Shown here: piece by piece, positions 1 through 10,765 of the stretch
How positions within the stretch are numbered: the stretch's first letter is position 1
Layout: the number at the start of each line of letters is the position of its first letter
From: Naegleria gruberi
Taxonomy: Eukaryota
NCBI GenBank assembly: GCA_000004985.1
Contig: GG738858.1
DNA: 64,000 nt
Direction: 5' to 3' (one strand)
Notes under the pieces: model-generated
What the model saw: only the letters and a program-made list of their open reading frames with translations
Told to the model about the DNA's origin: nothing
The model's database searches: none
Position numbers and translations under genes: made by a program

Positions 1-1189
1 ACCCATCAGAAATCCAAGGATTGCATGAGCTATGAGTTCTGGAATGGAAAATGATGGATATGGTAGTTTAAAGTGCCAAGTCATGGACACGTTGAGATTA
101 AGCCCAATGAGAGAATCGAATAATCGAGAGACGAAAGATGCAATAATTGCAACATAGAAACTCTTCAAATATCCTCTCAAACTGTAATAGGTACAGATAG
201 CTTCGAGTGCAAATAGGACACTACCACCTGGTGTTGCAAAATTAGCACCAACACCCAAAGCCTTTCCAAAATTAGAAATTTTACAAAAATTTAAAAATTT
301 AAAAAATTTAAAAAATATAAAAAAAATTAAAACTTACACATCCACAAGCAATCATTTGATCCCTCAAAGCTTTCACCTTTTTAATAGGTCTAAATATAGG
401 TAATCTCATCATATTATATGTCAATAATGCACCAACATGAGCTGACGATCCAACATCACCCAAAAACATTCCACTTCCCAAAACCATTGGCAATGCAACA
501 ATTTTCACTAAAAATGTTCTAAATCCAAATGCTCCTTTAATATTTGCACCATTCAACATTGCCTTAACAAGTGAAATTCCAGAACCTTCCGAATATGGAC
601 CAAACAGAACTACAAGAATTAAGGAAATGGTCACGAAAAACAAACTATAAATCACCCATAGGAATAATCTCAATCCAAAATATTCCTTCTCATCGAATTG
701 ATTTATAATTGTCAACCTTCCTCTGTACATGTACAAAACTATCAAGTCATGACAGTAAATGATAATTCCACCCAAAATTCCACAAATTGTTAGAAAGGTC
801 CAAACATATTTCTTATTGAGAAAGTGTTTCTTCCAATGCATGGTTTCTACATAGCTCACTGTTGCTGCATGTTTGACAGTTTGTAGCATGAATTTGACAT
901 CCATTGGATTGTCATTGATTTCTGACGTGTTACTATATGATTTAACAGTTTCAACAGAGTTATTAGGAATGTATTTGATATGTGATGATAGACTTGGTGA
1001 GAAATCATCAAAATGTATTTCTTTTTCATGAAAGTTTCCGATAGTTTTTGGTGGAATTGAATTATTCGATTCTTTCAGAGTTTCCTCTGCGTTTGTTGTA
1101 GTTTCATTTGTTGTATTTGGTTGATCCAACGGTTGCTCATCACCAACATTGCTTGCCACAGCATCATTTGCTGCCAAATCTTGTGACAT
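1..1189 (-). CDS. CLC-family chloride channel/transporter, 5' part (gene continues past window start). Exons 338..1189 and 1..261, AT-rich intron 262..337.
   Basis: The translation has CLC signature motifs in the correct order: GSGISLVKAML (GSGIPE-like), LGDVGSSAHVGA (GKEGP-like) and, across the intron, CGCALGVGANFATPGGSVLFALEAI (FGAPIGGVLFSLEE-like). There are multiple TM helices. The ATG is at 1189..1187; the six-frame ORF starts at an upstream TTG. The minus-strand donor is gtaagt (plus acttac at 332..337) and the acceptor is ag. Confidence 0.72.
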
Positions 1190-1707
1190 TTTTTTATGGT
1201 GGTAGGCAGTGGCATATCCTAATATGGATGACAAGTGGATTTACAGATTCTCACAATATTTTTATATTTCCTTACCTTGCCTCCTTGAATATACCTCAAT
1301 GTCATTTGCATCAAATTCTGTAAAACCACCTCAACTTAAAAACTGTAAATTGCTCCAATTGTTCTTTTGACTTTGACTCGACAAGAAACATCAATTTTCT
1401 TTCACTTCCAAATGGAAAGCACTCGATTATTATCATACAGCACTTTAAAACCCTTCATGTACGATCTCAATTAAAACAATCAGCCATCCAACTGTTATCA
1501 AACTCTCAACTGAGCATTGTGTGAAAAATATCTTTTTTCTGAACCACTCAATAGTCCACTGTATTGCATTCCACTCAATTGCACAGCCATCCAAGTGGTA
1601 GGCAACTAGCTGATCTAAAGTAACTGCTTTCTTGTTATTTGTGTGAAAAAAAACAACGCGCAGAAATCAAAAGGTTCATCAATTTGTGTTGAAAATTAAA
1701 AAAAAAA

Positions 1708-3785
1708 ATGTCATCCTTTAAAAAGTCGTACGATATTATTATTGCAGGTAGGTTCTATTGTGTGTGCGTGATGGAGATAATCATGTAATATATATTGGTT
1801 GGTGATGATTGATCTTGTGATGGAAAAATTTGTGTGAAAATTTTATGTGAAATTTATGTGTGATGATCGGTGCAATTATTTGATCAAAAATTATTAAAAT
1901 ATTTGCATCAATAAAGGTGGAGGTCATAATGGACTTGCATGTGCTGCCAAGTTGAAGAAAACAATGCCATCATTATCAATTTGTGTTTTAGAAAAGAGAC
2001 ATGTGACTGGTGGATGTGCAATTTCTGAAGAAATGGAGCCAGGATTTAAATTTTCACGTGCTTCTTATTTATTTAGTTTGTTTAGACCACATATTATGGA
2101 TGACTTGGATTTGAGAAGAAGATTGAAATTACTTCCTAGAAATCCTTCTTCTTTTACTCCAACTTTGGAAAAAGATCAATATCTATTTATGGGAAGTGAT
2201 TCTGAAATGAATTTTAGAGAAATTTCTAAATTTTCAAAGAAGGATGCAAAGAATATGGAACTTTATGAAAAGCAATTGCAAAGAGTTGCAGGAGCTGTTG
2301 AGAAATTATTAGATTGTGGTCCAATTGACTTGGGTATTGATGAAGATGCAACCACAAGGGATATTCTTTTTGATAGAGAAAGTGGTATCATTGGTAACAA
2401 GGAAAATAGAGAAAGAATGAGGAAATTAGTTGAAGCTGGTCGTGAATTGGGTCTTTCCAATATTAACACTGCATTTGATGTTTTCACAAGTCCAGCAACT
2501 AAAATTTTGGATCACTGGTTTGAAAGTGACATTTTGAAAGCTACTCTTGCAACTGATGCTATTATTGGTGAATATTGCTCACCAAATACACCAGGTAGTT
2601 CCTATGTTTTGTTGCATCACGTTATGGGGTAAGTTTTCACGCAAAAATTGAGTTTTATTAATTGTTGAATGAAATATTTAATCAACATTTGTAGTGATAT
2701 TGGTTTTGGAAAGGGTATTTGGGCCTATGTTGAAGGAGGAATGGGTTCTGTCACTCGTCATTTGACTGATATCAATAAGGAGCTTGGTGTTGACGTGTTC
2801 ACAAATGCAAATATTAAACAATTCACATTCAACCATTCAAGCAAACGATGCACAGGTGTAGTCCTTGAAGATGGTACTGAAATCCTTGCCAACAAGGCTG
2901 TGGCCAGTAATTGTGATCCTCACACAACATTCAGAAAGGTAAGTCAACAACTCTTGTCAATTTGGAAATATTAATCATGACCCAATTTGAAAATCTCCAT
3001 TATTATGGTTGTTTTCTGTCAAATCAATCACACAGATGGTTACAGAATCGGATTTATTGGCAACATATGGAGAAGATTTTGCCAGGAAGGTCGATAATAT
3101 TGATTATTCTAGTGCCACATTCAAGATTAATCTTGCAGTTAATGCATTGCCACAGTTTAAATGTTTCTCCTCACCAAAGAGTGAAAGAAAGTCGAATGGA
3201 GCTGGTAAAGAACACTTTGGTACCATTCACTTTGAAACAAGTATTCAAGAGATTGAGGATTCATATATTCAAGCTAAATCCTCAAAATTATACTCCAGTA
3301 ATCCAGTTATTGAAATGACCATTCCTAGCAGTTTGGATAGTACTCTTGTTAAAGATCCAAATCATCATGTCATTCAGTTATTTACACAATATGCTCCATA
3401 TGATTTGAAGGAAGGTTTCACATGGGATGAAAAATTAAAGAGAGAATATGTCAATAAGGTTTATGATAAGATTGAAAGTTATGCTCCAGGTTTTAAGAAT
3501 TCAATTATTGCTGAAGATTTATTATCACCTCTCGATTTGGAAAAGACATTTGGAATTAAGGGAGGTAATATCTTCCATGGTTCCATTCGTTTGGATCAAT
3601 TGTATTTGAATAGACCTTTCAGAGGTTTCTCAAATTATCGTTACTTTAGTAAGAAACATGGTGTTGGTGTCAGTAACTTATTCTCATGCTCTTCTGGAAT
3701 GCATCCAGGTGGTGGTGTAATGGCTGGTCCTGGATATAACTGTGCTCATTCAATCATTTCTTCTCTCGCCAATTCTTCCCTCTAA
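1708..3785 (+). CDS. FAD-dependent oxidoreductase, PYROXD2 / phytoene-desaturase-like. Exons 1708..1747, 1917..2628, 2695..2938, 3036..3785.
   Basis: The spliced N-terminus MSSFKKSYDIIIAG|GGHNGLACAAKL gives a GxGxxG Rossmann dinucleotide-binding motif. The reading frame is continuous across gtaggt/gtaagt donors and ag acceptors, and the C-terminal exon (…GGGVMAGPGYN…) is in frame. The match to PYROXD2-type proteins is from memory. Confidence 0.65.
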
Positions 3786-4303
3786 AAGGTGTGATTCATG
3801 TCTTGAATGCTGCTATTCTGAGCACACATCATTGCACAAATGAGAAATTTCTATTATAATAAAAACATTGTAATTACCATCCTTCGAGTGAAAGCATCCT
3901 AATTTGAAATAAGGCGTTTGCTAACATCCTATTAGTTACCGAAATATTGGCACATATCAAATTTCTTTACACGTGCTGATTTAAATCTCCAAAGAGAATG
4001 CAAAATGTCAGCAACTGTCAATTGGATTGGAATTTAGCCATTGGTCTAGTATTCAACCGGTGAACATATTCGAAAACTGGCGAAACCCTTATCGACTTTC
4101 AACAATAAAATAAGGGAGTATAACCTCAATATCATGACGGACAGGGATGTTTTTGGCAGGTAACAAGCTCAGGAATTTCTTGGCAATATTATTTTACAAA
4201 TATGGCCACATTTAAAGCAAAAGCAGTCAACAAGCCGAAACCAATAAATTCGGCAGGATGCACATGTTAAAAATCTTTTCAAAAAAACAAAACAACATTC
4301 AAA

Positions 4304-4993
4304 ATGTCCTTCAATATGATGTTTGTTCAACATAACCATCCTAAAGGATGCTCAAAAGGCAAAAAGACATTTCACCCAAAACGTTTGAGAAAACAACTCG
4401 ACACTGCAGAATTCAAGCAATTCTACTTTGAACTGGTACCAAGCATTAATAATAATGCAACAAGCTCCACAACAACTCTATTAAAAAGAGAACCAGATGC
4501 AAATTCAGATTCAGACCAATACAAGCTCATGAGTTTTCAATGTGAAGCATCTGAACAGGAGAAGATGAGAAGAGCCATTCATCAATGTTCCTCTCATTTT
4601 CATGTGGCATCCTACATGCATCATAGTAAGAGAAAGAAATTGAAGAGCAATACATGTGTTGATTTAACATGTTCCTCTCCAATTGCATCGACTGCATCTA
4701 GTGATATTTCCACTATTTTCTCTCATCATTCGTCCTCTAATTCAACAAATTCTGTGATTCAGAACAAGTCTGTTTCATTTACCTCCCTACAATCGAATAT
4801 TATTATCATTTCCAATCAAACTAATTCCATTGCAACACAGCAAACTAGTTCCTCTCCTTCAAATTGCTCTTCTGGATTTATGCTCTCATTAGATTATGAG
4901 TCAATAACTGATTTGTTGCTGGATGAAAACTCTCCTTTTAACAATCTCTTGAAAGCCCCAATATTCGAAAGACAAACATTGAATAAATTGTAA
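4304..4993 (+). CDS. Hypothetical Ser/Thr-rich low-complexity protein
   Basis: Clean ATG-initiated 229-aa ORF with eukaryotic flanks and no recognisable domain. It sits between two better-supported genes. Confidence 0.35.
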   Translation: MSFNMMFVQHNHPKGCSKGKKTFHPKRLRKQLDTAEFKQFYFELVPSINNNATSSTTTLLKREPDANSDSDQYKLMSFQCEASEQEKMRRAIHQCSSHFHVASYMHHSKRKKLKSNTCVDLTCSSPIASTASSDISTIFSHHSSSNSTNSVIQNKSVSFTSLQSNIIIISNQTNSIATQQTSSSPSNCSSGFMLSLDYESITDLLLDENSPFNNLLKAPIFERQTLNKL

Positions 4994-5155
4994 CTTGATA
5001 ATAACATGCTGGACAATATTTCCAAATGGGCAAAATGACCTACCTAATCTAAAACTTAGGCATCCCTATTAGTACAGGAAATGATAAACACAGAATAGCA
5101 GTTCCGTAAATACAGCCCTCAGAAATTGTTAAACAAAAGTTTGAGTCTTTACTCT

Positions 5156-6313
5156 CTAATAGAAAACTGTATCTTGTGTTGCATGTCTCTCGAATGATCT
5201 AAAATCCTCTCTCTTACCAAGATCTCCCCACAAGAAATAATCGATATGAAGAGTGTTAATATTGGCATTGTAAGGTTCACTGTTTGCAATCTTAATTAAT
5301 TCTTCACAGGCAAATACTGAAAGAGCTCTAAGTTCCACCTCTGGCTTTGAGCCGTGCTTTAAAACTTGGTTGGTTTCAATCTTGCTCTTTACACTCTCAT
5401 CTACGATTTGTAAAATGTTCGACTTGACCAAAGTGGCAGGAATTACATTATCTACAAAAATAGTCATTTGGCCAATGTCATCAAAATCAAATGTTGAGTC
5501 TTCCTCGTGTAAATGCAAGTAAAGTTCGCCTACTATCAATTGAGCCTTCTTATAGAGATACACCTTAAACAATTCTCCATTCTCAGTTTCATAATTAGCA
5601 CAATCATCTAGTGCTTGGGGAAATACATTTACTAGCTCATTGACTAAATAGGCTGCCTTTCCAATACCCTTAACATCTTGATACTTTTCTTCATTCTGCT
5701 TTCTTCTTTCATATTCGGCAATCACTTTTCTAACAAACATTGAAAAAGAGTCAGAGTTTCTCTCCCTCAATCTTCTTGCAGTTTCACTCAAAACCTTTCT
5801 AATGCCTTCAGCAAATGGTTTCAATGCACTGTCTTGGCTTACTTTAATAACAGCATACTTTTCATGTGAAACTTCTTCCTTTGAAGCAATTCCAAAATGT
5901 TGTTCAATTGAAAAGTAATTATCAGAAACAACTTCCATCATTTCAACTCCAAGCTTTGCAATGGTAATATCTTCGGAAAGGAAACAATTAATCAAACCAG
6001 TTTGAATTGTTTCACCAGCTCCCTTTTGTAACTTTTGATGTAATAATTTTCTAAATCCTGATCCAAATTGTAACAAGCCATACAAACAACGATAATTAGC
6101 CTCATGATCAACATCATCAAATTGGAAAGGCAAGGCTGACTTTTTCGAAGTCTTTTCTTTGATATCAGTCAAATTTGGCATGATGTAATTTTCAATGAAT
6201 TTAGTAGCCTCATCCTTGTTGTATTTGACATGTTTGGCATGTTCAGCAACCTTGGCACAACTAGCCTTCACTCTTTCAAATGGTGATAATGTAGATTCCG
6301 ATGAAGATAACAT
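5156..6313 (-). CDS. DUF2419-like protein (possible queuosine-salvage QNG1/C9orf64 family)
   Basis: 385-aa intronless ORF with ATG at 6313. It is a globular alpha-rich protein, and motifs such as TIFVDNVIPATLV and YFLWGDLGK recall the DUF2419 family. I cannot verify this without a search. Confidence 0.4.
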   Translation of the reverse strand: MLSSSESTLSPFERVKASCAKVAEHAKHVKYNKDEATKFIENYIMPNLTDIKEKTSKKSALPFQFDDVDHEANYRCLYGLLQFGSGFRKLLHQKLQKGAGETIQTGLINCFLSEDITIAKLGVEMMEVVSDNYFSIEQHFGIASKEEVSHEKYAVIKVSQDSALKPFAEGIRKVLSETARRLRERNSDSFSMFVRKVIAEYERRKQNEEKYQDVKGIGKAAYLVNELVNVFPQALDDCANYETENGELFKVYLYKKAQLIVGELYLHLHEEDSTFDFDDIGQMTIFVDNVIPATLVKSNILQIVDESVKSKIETNQVLKHGSKPEVELRALSVFACEELIKIANSEPYNANINTLHIDYFLWGDLGKREDFRSFERHATQDTVFY

Positions 6314-6507
6314 TTTTTTTGATTAATTCCGAAACTCTTTGCAAAAATAGATTTCAATGTTGGTTTTGATCATACAATAGTAAATATTATAATATTAATA
6401 ATAATAAATCAATGATGATGATTATTTTGTTTTTATTTAGCAAGAGGTTGAACGTGGAGAGAAGTTTTTGATTTTTTTTATTAAATTATATTAATTTTTA
6501 TAAAAAA

Positions 6508-7749
6508 ATGGCAACAGAACAAAAGTATGTTTTGATTTTTTTGTTTTTATTAATATTGTATGATGATGATCATCATGTTATTGTTGTTGTTGTGGATTAA
6601 TTATTCGGAATGTGTTTGGAATTGATGAATATGTAAATTGAAATATTGATGATTTTAATTAGGACTTGTACTTTTTATTGGAAAATAGGTGCTTGTAGAT
6701 TAGGAGATAGATGTTCACATCTTCATCAAAAACCAGCCTACTCACAAACAATTATGATCAGACACATGTATCCAAATCCTAAAGGAGCTCATTTTGTTGA
6801 TGAGAATGGAATTTTAAGACCTTTTTCTCAGGAATTTATAAAGGAGTGGTTTGAAAACTTTTATGCTGATATTTTCAAAGAGTTGGAAACAAAGAATGGA
6901 ATTAAAATTGAAGATTTGTATATTTGTGATAATACATGTGAACACATGTTTGGAAATGTATATATTTCACTTGCTAGTATTCCAGATGCTCAGAAATGTT
7001 ATGAATTATTGAAAGGAAAATATCATGCTGGTAGATTATTAACACCAGAATATTCACCAGTTCTTGATTTTTCTGAAGCTAAATGTAAGCTTTTCGATAG
7101 AGGAGGAGAAGAACATTGTCCAAAAGGAGCTAATTGCAATAATTTGCACGTTTTGAGACCATCTGAAGAATTGGCTAAACATTTATTTGGAGAAAGATAT
7201 GAATCATACAAACAAAGACATGAAGGATCAAATGATTATCACCGATCATCATCAGACTATTACAACAGAGGATATAAAGGAACACCAAGTAAGGATAGCT
7301 CATATTCATCAAGCTCCACACCAAAGTCAACTCCAAGAGGTGTTTCTACACCTTCAAGTGGCAGTAGACCATATGATAATAGAAGAACATATGGTTCTGG
7401 AAGTTATTACAATGAATCAGCAATGAGTCGTTCAGATTCTGGTGATGCCTCTCCAAGCCATGATAAAAATCGTAGTAGTTCATATTCACGAGACTCTAGC
7501 AGGGATAATAGAGATAGTAGAGACAATAGAGATTCTAGTAGGGATAACAGAGACAGTAGATCTTATGATAGAGGAGACAATAGAGGATATTCTTCTTCAA
7601 GAGGAGGTGGCAGCAGTGGTGGAGACAGATATTACAACAATAACTCTAGGGATCAATCAAACAGTGATTACAAAAGAAAGAGAGAACATGACAATTACAA
7701 TAACAACAGTAGTGGCTCATCCTATTACAATAAGAGAAACAAAGAGTAA
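6508..7749 (+). CDS. U2AF1: U2 snRNP auxiliary factor small subunit (U2AF35). Exons 6508..6524 and 6663..7749.
   Basis: The spliced N-terminus MATEQK|TCTFYWKIGACRLGDRCSHLHQKP is the first CCCH zinc finger of U2AF35. It is followed by the UHM/RRM region and a second CCCH (CPKGANCNNLHV). The C-terminus is an RS/RD-rich tail with tandem (SRDNRD)n repeats. The 5' intron 6525..6662 has a gtatgt donor. Confidence 0.8.
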
Positions 7750-7885
7750 ACCATTGTAATCATGTAATTTCCTTTTTTCTATCCTGTTCACGAACGTGTT
7801 GTTCTAGCTTCGATTTAATGCGTGCAATTCGAAACTAAAATTAAAATTTAATTAAAAAAATTAAAAACAAATCATATATTGGAGA

Positions 7886-9421
7886 ATGGATATTTCATTA
7901 CTTTCTTCTGAAACTGTTGCCATTCCATCCAACATGCCAAAAGCCAATCAAAAGTATGACGATAATCACATTTCATACTTTCTATTAAAGTACTTTGAAA
8001 ATGTCCATACAAACGTTCAAATTACCTATCCTTCTCCTTTGAATTCTTATGGACTATTAGGATCAACTGACACGAAACTAAACTCCAACACTTTGCCTGC
8101 TCCACATTTAAATGACTTTTTATTGTTTGCACTTGGCAAGCAAGGTAAAGTTGCCATGCCACTCCTCATCAATTACACATTCGATGAAAAGACAGGAGAA
8201 CTGGATGGTCATTGGATTGTATTATTGAAGAGGGAGGATGATTCCTTTCTACTCTATGATCCAAGCCACTTTATTGCCATTCCTCAATTTTATAATATTC
8301 AGGTGGAATATGGTGATCAAAGTGATGGTTTTAATTGTGGAACGTTTGTTGTTGAAAGAATCAAACAATTCTATTGTCCTTCTGTTGTTGGAATGCCAAA
8401 GGCGAGAACCATTGCAGCAGCAAGAGCTGCACATGCCAAAACTGGATTGAATTTCAATTTTTCTCCACTCATTCAAGGATCAGGTGGTGGAGGTTTAGGT
8501 GAAGAAAATGATTCTTGTTGGTCCAAAGATATTACATTGAGAGGAGATCAAGCATCTTCAATCAAAGAGGCAGTGTTTGAGAAACAGTTTGGTGTCTTTA
8601 CCATTAACTCTGATGATACACTTGGTATATCCAAAACAACTATTCAATTTCCGCCATATTTTACATTACAGAGCTACTCTTACAACACATTTAAACGTGT
8701 TAAAAGAAGAGTTGTTTGGGGACAAGATATTGCATCCAACGGATTGAATGTGAGTGGACTTTCCATTAAAAACATTATTGAACTCGGTTTCCTCCCAGAA
8801 GATGTGAATAGACCAACTGGCTGCTTGGCTATTACTGGTCTCAACACTAAAACAAACACCACTGAATTAATATCCATACAAATCAAGTCAAAGCAACATA
8901 ATGGCAACTCCTGTAGAAGTTTAATTACAAGAATTGACCATCCATTTGGCTCTCATGATTGTACTGAAACAAATGAAACAAACAAAAAACCGAATAACGA
9001 AGACAACCCATCCAAGTCAAAGAAAACACCAAACAAAAGAAAGAACACCAGAAAAGAAAATGCTGAAAAACCAAAGAAAATCAAAACAAGTCATCAACAT
9101 GAGATAATTCCTACTACCACCAATACTATGAACACCTTCCAAACAGAGCCATTCCAAAACGGTACAAACCTTACTGTCTTTTGCAACTTCCAAAATGCAA
9201 ATCCTACTCCATTGAAAAGCAAGCCGTCTACGACTGCTTACAAAATGAATCAGGAAAATATGCATTACCAAGTTGCAAATGACAATCCAGTAAGTTTTCT
9301 TTCCCTCTTGAATAATGGAACTGTTAATGGAAGAAATGAAACTGAGAATGAAATTAAGCAAAAGGAAAATAATAGAACAGATGATAACTTTTTTGATGAT
9401 TACTTTGAAGATTCTGATTGA
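7886..9421 (+). CDS. Ulp1/SENP-like (clan CE, C48-type) cysteine peptidase domain protein with a long low-complexity C-terminal tail
   Basis: The N-terminal region carries the C48 catalytic signature in order: HWIVLL (His), LYDPS (Asp), GDQSDGFNCGTFVV (Gln oxyanion plus Cys nucleophile). Compare Ulp1 HWxL…D…QQxNGxDCG. The C-terminal half is Asn/Lys/Thr-rich. Confidence 0.5.
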   Translation: MDISLLSSETVAIPSNMPKANQKYDDNHISYFLLKYFENVHTNVQITYPSPLNSYGLLGSTDTKLNSNTLPAPHLNDFLLFALGKQGKVAMPLLINYTFDEKTGELDGHWIVLLKREDDSFLLYDPSHFIAIPQFYNIQVEYGDQSDGFNCGTFVVERIKQFYCPSVVGMPKARTIAAARAAHAKTGLNFNFSPLIQGSGGGGLGEENDSCWSKDITLRGDQASSIKEAVFEKQFGVFTINSDDTLGISKTTIQFPPYFTLQSYSYNTFKRVKRRVVWGQDIASNGLNVSGLSIKNIIELGFLPEDVNRPTGCLAITGLNTKTNTTELISIQIKSKQHNGNSCRSLITRIDHPFGSHDCTETNETNKKPNNEDNPSKSKKTPNKRKNTRKENAEKPKKIKTSHQHEIIPTTTNTMNTFQTEPFQNGTNLTVFCNFQNANPTPLKSKPSTTAYKMNQENMHYQVANDNPVSFLSLLNNGTVNGRNETENEIKQKENNRTDDNFFDDYFEDSD

Positions 9422-9487
9422 ATAATAAAATCATGTTCTTGACAGTTACAAATTTCTAATTACCAATCAAATTCTTTCTTCAATTTA

Positions 9488-10642
9488 ATGGAAATTTTTG
9501 AATTTGAATTTACAAAAAAAATGAGCAAACGCAAACAATCGGAAATTCTTTCCTTCTTCAAAAGTGGCAATCAATCTGATGCATCACCAAGAAGTAAACC
9601 AGTTGATCCAACTCAAGTGAAAATACCATCTCCATCATCTTCATCATTATTAGTAAATATAATTGATGATGATGATGATGATCATGTTGATGCTGGTGAT
9701 GAACAATCATTAAAGAAAGTAAAACTTGATGAAAATCCAATTCTAACCAAATTGAGAGAATTGGACAATTTTAAATCATTCAACACGACCAAGGAGTTTG
9801 AAGATACTTTTATTTCGATAACTGATTATTTGTTTAATAATACAGAACTTGTGGTTAAGGATAAGTGTTATCGATTGGCTGAGATTGAGTATTATGTTAC
9901 GAGTAGTAACCATAATGATCCATTTTCACATTGTCATCCACTTCAGTCAACTAGAGCAGAGTGGTATTTTCATCAATCTTTAGCAAAGACCAATGATAAT
10001 AATTACAGAGGTGGTAATTATAAGGGAATTGATTTTTCTATTGGAAGTGATAAATTTAAAGGTGGAATTTTGATTAGAAGTTTATTGAAATCTGACAGGA
10101 AAACATTGGTTGAGGGACCATCAAAGTGTGTTGATGAAATACTTGGACACTTTGATTGTAATGAAATTCACGAATTCGTTACACAACACTACAGGGGACA
10201 GAAACATTTCGATGCATTGGATACATCGAGTGTTTGCTATTTGAGACCAATTGACAAACCACACACCGACTCTTTCATTAAGAGTGCAAGAGTTGGCTTG
10301 ACTCTCAAACAGAAAACACAGCAGAAATTGAGAGTGGAGTATATTTTCAGACCATACAGACATTGCCTAAGACCGAAAGATATGAAGAAGGGAAAGCACT
10401 TGATGACCATTGTATTGTACAGAGATTTAATGAGATCTGGTGAGAAGAGTGTGATTAGGAAGGTAGAAGCTGCTACAAATAGTTCAGGACTGCAAAAATA
10501 CTTTACCACCTATGAGGAATATGATGAGTTGGCTTTTGAAGATGTGGAGAGCATTGATGCTTCCAAATTGGGAGATTATTCCAAAGATTTAACAGCTCAA
10601 CAAATCTATGAACTTGGAGGAATGCTGAAACATATCTTTTAA
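9488..10642 (+). CDS. AAG/MPG-fold 3-methyladenine DNA glycosylase-like protein with an N-terminal PCNA-interacting (PIP) box. The true start is probably the second ATG at 9521.
   Basis: The N-terminus MSKRKQSEILSFFKSG contains a canonical PIP box, Q-x-x-I-x-x-F-F, arranged as in the UNG2 N-terminus. The core AEIEYY…HNDPFSH…STRAEWYFH…YRGG…GGILIRSL parallels Pur_DNA_glyco (AAG) motifs TE.EAY…D.AAHS…TPRN..MF…GAGVLLRA. Confidence 0.5.
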   Translation: MEIFEFEFTKKMSKRKQSEILSFFKSGNQSDASPRSKPVDPTQVKIPSPSSSSLLVNIIDDDDDDHVDAGDEQSLKKVKLDENPILTKLRELDNFKSFNTTKEFEDTFISITDYLFNNTELVVKDKCYRLAEIEYYVTSSNHNDPFSHCHPLQSTRAEWYFHQSLAKTNDNNYRGGNYKGIDFSIGSDKFKGGILIRSLLKSDRKTLVEGPSKCVDEILGHFDCNEIHEFVTQHYRGQKHFDALDTSSVCYLRPIDKPHTDSFIKSARVGLTLKQKTQQKLRVEYIFRPYRHCLRPKDMKKGKHLMTIVLYRDLMRSGEKSVIRKVEAATNSSGLQKYFTTYEEYDELAFEDVESIDASKLGDYSKDLTAQQIYELGGMLKHIF

Positions 10643-10765
10643 ATATTTTAGAATTGAAATATTAATTTGTATTTTAGATAAACAAAATTCAGACACAATA
10701 TTGAATGCTCTTAATTCATCCAATAATTATTACGTTTAAAACAACTTAGTTTTGGACTTGCTTGC

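Noticed and set aside
4030-4095. tRNA-like string (…ccattggtctagtattcaaccggtgaacatattcgaa…) with a GGTCTAGT D-loop-like motif
   Set aside because: No T-loop (GGTTCGANTCC), no complementary acceptor stem and no anticodon arm could be built.
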